From NCBI GenBank assembly GCA_001938485.1, contig MQRK01214676.1, positions 1 through 64,000 of the forward strand: 64,000 nucleotides of DNA, in the 5' to 3' direction. The notes under the pieces are model-generated. The model was not told the origin of the DNA and did no database searches. It saw only the letters and a program-made list of their open reading frames with translations. Source of the stretch: Girardia tigrina (taxonomy: Eukaryota). Shown here one piece after another: positions 50,350 through 64,000 of the stretch. How positions within the stretch are numbered: the first letter of the stretch is position 1; the number at the start of each line of letters is the position of its first letter. The position numbers and the translations under genes are program-made.

Positions 50350-53076
50350 CAATTAGCAGAATCATCCAAGCTTGGGTAACGGTAATAAAATAGTTATAAA
50401 TGAAGTTCCAAAATGTAATAATTGTGGAAGTAATAAAGAGATAATCGATAATGGAATGTGTGGAGAATGTTTCGCTGTTCGGGACAAAGACTGGGTTTGT
50501 CCGTATCAATTTTAGCTCAATAATCGACAAGGAGTTGACAAAATTAGAAGATTAAAACGAAGAGGTGCTGGCAGCTGCAAAGTAGAGATTCAACATCAAT
50601 CATAAACAGATCAAAGAAGAGGAACGAGTTCAGATGGTGGAAGATAGAATTCAAATAAAATTCCAACCAGTTACCTTACCCAAATTTGTTGGAAATGCGG
50701 GTGAATATGAAAAATGGAAGCGAACGTTCGAGGCATTCCTCAAAGATGTCAGATATTGCGAAGCAAATAAGTTTGGATCAATGCCTTATTGGCGAACCAA
50801 AAGCATTGATCAAAAATATCGACATAACTCAAGAATCCTATAAAATGATATTGGCCAAATTGGACAAACGATATGGAGGTGCTCAGAGGCAATAAACCAA
50901 TTTAATGAGAGAAATAAATGAGTTCTTTCCAGTGAGGGCAAACAATTTAAAAGATCTAGAATGTTTGGTAGGATTGCTGGAAGTAATCATTTCTAGATCA
51001 GAGAACAATAACAAGGAAGTGGACATTGAAGGAGGATTACTATACATTACTTTGGTGACAAAATTACCTGAAGTTTTAGTCGAACGTTGGGAGAGAACTC
51101 ACCTTTAAGAAGGAAAGCCTCAGAATTTCTCAGTTTTAAACGATTGGCTGATAAATGAGGTAGAAATAATGTAGATTGCTGCGGAAGCCGTTCATGGTAT
51201 CGGCATATTTAATCCCAAAGATCGAAAGAAAGATAATTGAGAAATATGTAGTGGAAAAGCCTTTTTTCAAAAGGGAGAAAAAAGGGCAGCTCAACCAGAA
51301 AGAGAATTTGGAAGGACATTATTTTGGGATTTTCAAAAAGGAATTTGTAAAAGAGGAAATGCTTCAGATACATACACGATTTCACAAAGGAAGAAAGTCC
51401 AATCAAATGCAAATATTTCGAATCCGGCAATTGCAGATTTTGGAGCAACTGTAGAAACCTGCACTTGAAAAAGGATGTTTTAAGTTCAGATCAAAATAAA
51501 TACACGGAAGGTAAAGAAGAGTGAAAAGGCAAAACACCAGAAGGAGAGTTTAATCAGATTCCAAGTGGTGGGACATTTGTCACTGATCTCATAGAGGAAA
51601 ATGAATTCTCTGTGTCCTTGAGAACTATTCCCGTTTATCTAATAAATAAAGAAAATCGACTCATAGTGAACCTGTTACTTGATGACGCTAGCACAAATTC
51701 TTTCATTAAAAAATGTGGCTGACAAGTTGGGTTTAGTCGAAGAAACCCAATAAATGAAAATTCGAGTTTTGAATGGAACCAAATCAGTAAAAGCTGATAG
51801 AGTAAATGTTGAACTGAAATACACAAATGGATCGTTAAGACAAAGACTGAGTCTCTTAGTCGTTGATGACGTAACGGGATACTTAAAAGTGTGTGCTTGG
51901 GAATTAAAAATCTGCAATATTCTATGAAATAATTTAAAGGACGATTAAATGAACCAATAGCTCGATTGACACCGCTCGGGTGGACCTACGTTGGTAAAGT
52001 TCCAACAGAGAGAAGTCATAAAAGGAGCAACTTTATGATGTGCTTCTTTACTGGAATAGAGACAACATAAGTCACAGGAATCAAGCGAGAAAAGTCGATT
52101 CAGGGCACATAATCGTGAACGACAGTTCAGAAAAGACCGAGTCAAAGGAGAATACTATATTCGAGTCAAATATTTCAAGGGTCAATCAGGTGGTAGCTTT
52201 AATCAATCTTGAAATGCTCCTCCGTACAGTAATAAAAATAATTTTGAAAACAACAAAATGGGTTACTTGGATGAAAATTGTGACAATCGAGAACACAGAG
52301 GACGAGATCGTTTTAAGGGAGAAAGAGGATTGCGTAGAGATCGAGGTGATTACCGACGACCAAGAGACAATGATCGAGGCAAAAATGCTAAGGAAGTATT
52401 TTTTAACAATATGCCATTCGACAACCGTGAAATGCCTATTACTGAAAATGAGCAGGATTCATTCAAAGATTATGATAAGGCATCAGTCAACAATGAAGCA
52501 AATTATGAACCGAATGTTGTGGAAAATGAAACAACTGATATGACAAAATCGAATTCGGGAAAAATCGAAGATGATACTGTGAAAATAAAAACTACTGATA
52601 TTAAAGTCCTTGAGGAATGGAAGGCTCGCCATGGGAAAAATCGGCTAATGAATCAGAAAAGTAAAGAAATTCGAAAAGTTAATGATGATCGAGATGTTTT
52701 CAGTGGAACAGAGGAATACAGAAAAGAGAGTTCTACTAAAGAACAAACTAATGAACATGATGCTCATAAAAATCAATACGGTCGTCCAAAGCAATCGCTT
52801 AGAATGTCAGTTCGTTTTAGACTATTTTTTTGGCGAGGAGAGTGTGAGTGCTCGTAGCGAGTTGAGTGCAAGTAATTGTTACGAGGATGGTATGGAAAGA
52901 TGCGGCGAGGAGCATAGATGATCAACAGAGTCAGGACAATTATGATAATTAATTGCTTCATGCGGGGGAGAGATGGAAGATTCAAATATGAATTATAAAA
53001 ATCATTAATTATAAAAATTTGTGATAAAAACATTTAATTTAGAATCGAATAATAATTGTGAAAATTTAGGGTTACA
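50350..53076 (+). mobile_element. BEL/Pao LTR retrotransposon remnant with candidate 3' LTR (52843-53076)
   Basis: Gag LPKFVG..EYEKWKRTF, CLIGEPK, LDKRYG, KLP; protease LRTIPV...LLDDASTNSFI; PIARLTPLGW. The purine tract ggcgaggagag is followed by TGT...TTACA. RT and integrase are absent. Confidence 0.85.
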
Positions 53077-54010
53077 TTTGTTTTAATTGATGATATTTAA
53101 TCATATCATTGAAACAAAAATCTTGAAAATAAAAGTTTTTTTAAAAAAGTGAACTGAGTTTTGATCTTATTACTTGAAATTTAAAAAAAAATGGCTCACT
53201 ATATATANNNNNNNNNNNNNNNNNNNNNNNNNNNNNNNNNNNNNNNNNNNNNNNNNNNNNNNNNNNNNNNNNNNNNNNNNNNNNNNNNNNNNNNNNNNNN
53301 NNNNNNNNNNNNNNNNNNNNNNNNNNNNNNNNNNNNNNNNNNNNNNNNNNNNNNNNNNNNNNNNNNNNNNNNNNNNNNNNNNNNNNNNNNNNNNNNNNNN
53401 NNNNNNNNNNNNNNNNNNNNNNNNNNNNNNNNNNNNNNNNNNNNNNNNNNNNNNNNNNNNNNNNNNNNNNNNNNNNNNNNNNNNNNNNNNNNNNNNNNNN
53501 NNNNNNNNNNNNNNNNNNNNNNNNNNNNNNNNNNNNNNNNNNNNNNNNNNNNNNNNNNNNNNNNNNNNNNNNNNNNNNNNNNNNNNNNNNNNNNNNNNNN
53601 NNNNNNNNNNNNNNNNNNNNNNNNNNNNNNNNNNNNNNNNNNNNNNNNNNNNNNNNNNNNNNNNNNNNNNNNNNNNNNNNNNNNNNNNNNNNNNNNNNNN
53701 NNNNNNNNNNNNNNNNNNNNNNNNNNNNNNNNNNNNNNNNNNNNNNNNNNNNNNNNNNNNNNNNNNNNNNNNNNNNNNNNNNNNNNNNNNNNNNNNNNNN
53801 NNNNNNNNNNNNNNNNNNNNNNNNNNNNNNNNNNNNNNNNNNNNNNNNNNNNNNNNNNNNNNNNNNNNNNNNNNNNNNNNNNNNNNNNNNNNNNNNNNNN
53901 NNNNNNNNNNNNNNNNNNNNNNNNNNNNNNNNNNNNNNNNNNNNNNNNNNNNNNNNNNNNNNNNNNNNNNNNNNNNNNNNNNNNNNNNNNNNNNNNNNNN
54001 NNNNNNNNNN

Positions 54011-54275
54011 AATCGGCAAAGGTCCATAGTTTGCGCTCATTGCACCACGTAAGTCTCTTTTTGCGGTTTGCTTCGGTGATCAATGGCTTCTTTTTTCCTG
54101 CTCGCCCATAGAAACCAAGTTCATGCAAGATGCGACGAACTGTAGATCGGGATGCAACGTCTAAAGTAGTCGAAATCTGAAGCAGAGATGCGGTTCTATC
54201 AGCATGCTAAAAATTCTCATAATCTCTCATTACTGCGAACACACCGGTGGTCGGTGACTTTTGGTAGGGCGGTGT
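54011..54275 (-). mobile_element. Tc1 transposase fragment
   Basis: SRSTVRRILHELGFYGRAGKKKPLITEANRKKRLTWC; runs into the gap. Confidence 0.88.
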
Positions 54276-54461
54276 ATATTATATATACACATACAAGTTA
54301 AACCCAATATATACAAATATTTTAGTGACTGAAGGTCACTACAAACATAAAATAATGAATGACAAAATCACAAATAGTACATCTATTAAAAAAAAGTTTT
54401 TTACGATATTTTCAAATACACTTTTACTAAACACGTTTATGAAAAATCCAAAAGATATGAG

Positions 54462-59802
<5,341 letters not shown>

Positions 59803-61949
59803 CTGTTGAAAAAAAACTTGAAATGTTGTCATAATAAAGAATTTTTCCCCATATACTTTTATTTAAATTTTGACATAAAATACTCACGGAAATCATTAAA
59901 AAGTGGCCCATTTAAAATAACTTTTGGTGACATTAAGAAAATATCGTTATTTATTTTTTATAAGTTTCCTTATTTTTAGGACATATTTCCCAATTTTAAA
60001 AGCCTTTGTTCTGCACATAAAATAGGAGAAGGCCAAATTCTTATTAATCATTTGTCCCATCGCGAAAGCCGTTACCCTATTACAATAAGCGAACACGACA
60101 TTGTCCCAAACAAGGATTGAATGATACACAATAAAATGTGTCAATGTTTCAGATAATTTGACCTTTAGCAATCAACGCACAAACCCAGCAAGCAAGATCA
60201 ATCGATAGAAGACGATTGTTGTGGATCGCGGTTTAAAAATTATAAAATAAATCTATATAAATTTATATTGTCGTTTTTTGTGTGACTTTATGTGAAAAAA
60301 GATTTTTTTAAGTCTGGAAATTTCCAGGAAATCTTTTGTCTAAATGTTATGTTGCTCAGCAAACTGCTGTTAAAAAAGAAAATAACGCGTTTAAAACTGA
60401 ATTTTCAAGTTGTGAATATTAATTGGGTACACGATCTAATTCTCACTAGAAAAGCCACAAAATCATCTTTGAGTCATCGCCAAGAAATTGTTCAAACATG
60501 ATTTAGAAAATTATTAATGCTCGTCATTTTGCCTCAGAATATCGCTAAAATGAATTTGAACTAGTATTCGATCAAATGGACTCGAATTCGCGAACACCGC
60601 TCGTTGATGAGTTGCGACAAATTAATTGGTCAAATCCTAATTTGTGTACATTGTGGTTTAATCGACTGTTCGAGGCGTAACTCTGTGATTTATGGGACTT
60701 TTCATACGATGAAAGAAGCAGACAAGTGTTTCGAATTCCGTTAATTCTTCGATTCTTTATATTTAGCGCACCATACTGGTATATCTGATATCGAGGTCGA
60801 TCATGCATTGTGTCTACTTTGTAAATGGAAAGGATAAATCATTCCTATATTGTATCATAAGAGATAACAGGTTATCATTCCGAATGATGTAATGTTCCAA
60901 AGACTTTTTATTCTTATTATGAACCATACACTTTCAACTAACACTAGAATGTATTATCTGACGAATATCGTAATGAAACTCGCAGAACAAATCCATCAAC
61001 AGTTGATTCAAGAGAAGGAGCTGGGAGCATATCTGATTAGAACATTGATAACGGTTAATTGGGCATGGTCAATACCATTGATCCTTAGAGGAACAAAAGA
61101 AAACTTGTGTAACCGCAATTCCATTTTAACAGTCAATAAATAATTTACAATAAATGAAGGATGTACACTTAAATATCATTAAAGTTGTACTACAATTTGT
61201 CAAGTTCAAATTTGGGAAACTATCCCACAAAAACCTATCCAATTCGTTATAAATGATCATAATTTAAAATCACATCATTTAAAGACATTTACGATAATTA
61301 TCGAAATTATTTCGAGTATTTTAAAAAAGCAAAGTGTATTTCAAACCGGAATTCATACATGAGACAACCATGTCAAATAAATCACCAGTCGAATGATCGT
61401 GAGGAAAAACGAAGCTGCATCCATTGTGGCTGCACAGGTAACCCAACAGAACCAGTCCCCAAAGAATACAGACGTGTGATCTAATTTGAAGTACTTTGAC
61501 CGCGCGTTCATCAACAAAAGTCAATTGATTTGACAATAATTACAGAATCCGGAGTGTGGACATAAATTCTTGTCATCATAGTTTTGTCCGTATGCTCGCG
61601 AAATCAGTTTCATATTCAAATCTAAGTGATAATGTTTGTAGATGCACATTCACATATATCAATGTAAATGGTACCTTTACCAATGCTATTTTAACGATAA
61701 ACGGTTCAAAACGTACAAAACGATCCACTTACAGTTCATGAAAAGTAAAGGAAAAATTTGTTTTTCTGGGTAACGCTCCTCAAAAGCATTCACCGAAAGA
61801 TCTTGCGAAGACTGCTGGAGAAAGAAAAGAAATTACGGAATAAAATTGGCTCATGTGGCTTTGTATGATGTGAGTGATGATTTTTGCATTGATATGTGAA
61901 TGGTTTGATATGTTCTAAGGTTTCTATTGATATGTCTAATAATCTTTTA

Positions 61950-62355
61950 AAAAATAAAATCGATTCACAGAATAAAAAAACTTATAAATTTACGCAAATT
62001 ATTTGGTGTTTTTCAATTTGATGTCCAAAATACAGTTTTAAACTTAAGTGATGAAACTTTAAATGAAGATGAAATGAAAAATTCTGTGTAATCGATTTAA
62101 AAATTACTGGGAGAGAGTAACGTGTGAGGCCTTATTAATAAGATCCATGAATCCAAAAATTAATATCCAAGCTTCACACTCAACTTCTCTGTTAAACATT
62201 TTCAAATAGAGCATTTATTACATAATTGATTGCATAATAACCTTTCTCATATATAAGCTGCAAAAAGCCAGTGTTAATTTAGTCTGAAGATGGCGGGTAA
62301 TCCGCCGAAATTAATTACTAAAATAAATTGTGAAAAATGGCGTTCACTTTTTAAT
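61950..62355 (+). mobile_element. Internally deleted Penelope-like element
   Basis: The N-terminal motif NTVLNLSDETLNEDE is fused to the C-terminus KILCNRFKNYWERVTCEALLIRSMNPKINIQ, homologous to 11090-11223. Confidence 0.8.
62278..62322 (+). ncRNA. Minimal type-I hammerhead ribozyme with intact core (PLE terminal repeat)
   Basis: tttagt-CTGAAGA-t-ggcgg/gtaat/ccgcc-GAAA-ttaa-tt-actaaa. Confidence 0.8.
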
Positions 62356-62715
62356 AATGAATATCAATTGCCATTATTTTTTAAATTCCTTAGTAAATAT
62401 TTTCATTGTAAATTATTTCATTATTTTATCAATGATTTCAGTTACAAATTAAAAATTAAAAAAAATCGACGATGTTAACGCTTTGAAAACATCGACTGAG
62501 CTTCCTACACATCAAAGGTATAAGATTTCTGGTTTGGGAAACAACAATTAAATACAAAGACTTTTAGAAAACAGTAGGATGGTGAAAGATGTTTCCTTTA
62601 AAAATCTTTTCAAAGATTTGTATTTGTTTTTAAAATAACAATAAATACAAGTGAAAAAAGTCAGTAACTTTCCTTAATCAATTTCACATGGATCGAATAA
62701 TTATTCAATTAATTA

Positions 62716-63170
62716 CAGGTAGTCGTCGACTTACGACCTATGCAACTTACGACCACAATCGCTAGCCGCGGCGTACGACAGTGCATACCAAGTTCCGGTA
62801 GCACTACCATATATGCGTGTACCATTTCAACTGTAATCCCATCTGTTTTAGATATTTTTCATCAAATCCCTCCCAAGATATCTACCAAGAGGAAGTTGTC
62901 TTTGTCTACGCCTGTCTTTATCTACACCAGCGGCCAATAAAATGTTTCCTACATGTCTATATATTTGTATATGTTATGTTTTGCAATTGGAAAAATGTTT
63001 NNNNNNNNNNNNNNNNNNNNNNNNNNNNNNNNNNNNNNNNNNNTTTGCAAATATTAAACCAGTTGTACCAGTTGCACAGTACTGTACATATAGCCTACTC
63101 AACTTACGACCAAATCGTGTTACGACCGGTCTGTCGGAACCAATCGTGGTCGTAAGTCGACGACTACCTG
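62716..63170. mobile_element. pogo/Tigger-type MITE
   Basis: Perfect 23-bp TIR CAGGTAGTCGTCGACTTACGACC, TA TSD on both sides, subterminal TTACGACC repeats. Confidence 0.93.
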
Positions 63171-64000
63171 TATAATTATAATTACCATAATTGTGGTGTC
63201 TCATAACTGACACCAACTCACTTATTTAATTATAGTATTTTATTTATTTATGCGCGTACTATTCTTTTTGATGTAACCTTTGATCATCGTGTTTGTTGGC
63301 AAATACTCTTGTAAGTCTGTCATGTTTGATGTATGAGTTTGCATCGTTGATGGTAACATTGAAAGATTGTGTATTTATTTATTTATTTTATTCAGATTTT
63401 TATTTTTATCTAAATTTTGAGTGACGAAAGATTTTTATTCATATTTTTATTTTTTATTTTCATTTAAATTCAAATTGATGAAAGAAAAAAAAGAAGTTAA
63501 TTTAATTTAATAATGGCCATCGAGATTTCAATTTTGAATTTGAAATAGGATCAATATTGAATTGAACATTAATTCACAAATCTCAAATTATAATTTAATA
63601 GTCGTGAATTTATTATGTTTTCTGACGAATGCTAATTTGCGGTTACTTGATATTATTTTTTTGGACGATAAATAATTCCTTGGTAATTGACTGGAACAGT
63701 TCTATTATCGCAATTCCGATCATCACTTCTCGTCATTAATTCGAGATCAATTATTGGTACAAACTTACAAGACATTTCGATCGTCAATTACGATAAAAAT
63801 TTCAAATACCAGATATTGTAACTGATAATTGTCCGAAGATTTACTATAACTACACAATTTCTTCTATTTGATTGTTGCCGAAAAGATCATTGTCAGGTTA
63901 TCTTTTTTATTTGGTTGAATTTGAATATTTTGTTAAAAGTCCGTTGGATTGTATTGTCAATATATTATTACTAATCATATTACGCGTAATTATTATCTGG

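Noticed and set aside
53141-54128. Long ORFs in the track (also 148-638)
   Set aside because: Artefacts of translating through N gaps.

Overview
Draft-scaffold window (six N gaps) from a very AT-rich, transposon-rich invertebrate genome whose short introns are about 44-65 nt. It is not prokaryotic; no CRISPR, tRNA or rRNA gene is supportable. Host genes: (1) a complete 4-exon Runx gene (+, 31240-32247) ending in IWRPF; (2) a minus-strand ankyrin gene built from 99-nt, phase-0, one-repeat exons (14939-12733), probably spliced to a 5-exon block ending in a C3HC4 RING (9020-8236); (3) the last three exons of an ABCC/MRP transporter (-, 59802-54462). The rest is mostly decayed mobile DNA: Ty3/Gypsy, BEL/Pao, NeSL/Utopia-like LINEs, Penelope-like elements with minimal hammerhead ribozymes, a 5S-derived SINE, hAT, mariner/Tc1, pogo, a DD39D element with Stowaway-type ends, and Helentron/Helitron-type repeats. 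The best candidate for new biology is the ankyrin exon array. It carries a recent ~435-bp three-exon duplication with near-identical introns but replaced codons around helix 1, the pattern expected of a diversifying recognition module, possibly coupled to an E3 ligase. All assignments come from manual translation and motif recognition, not database searches, and TE boundaries without TIRs are approximate.
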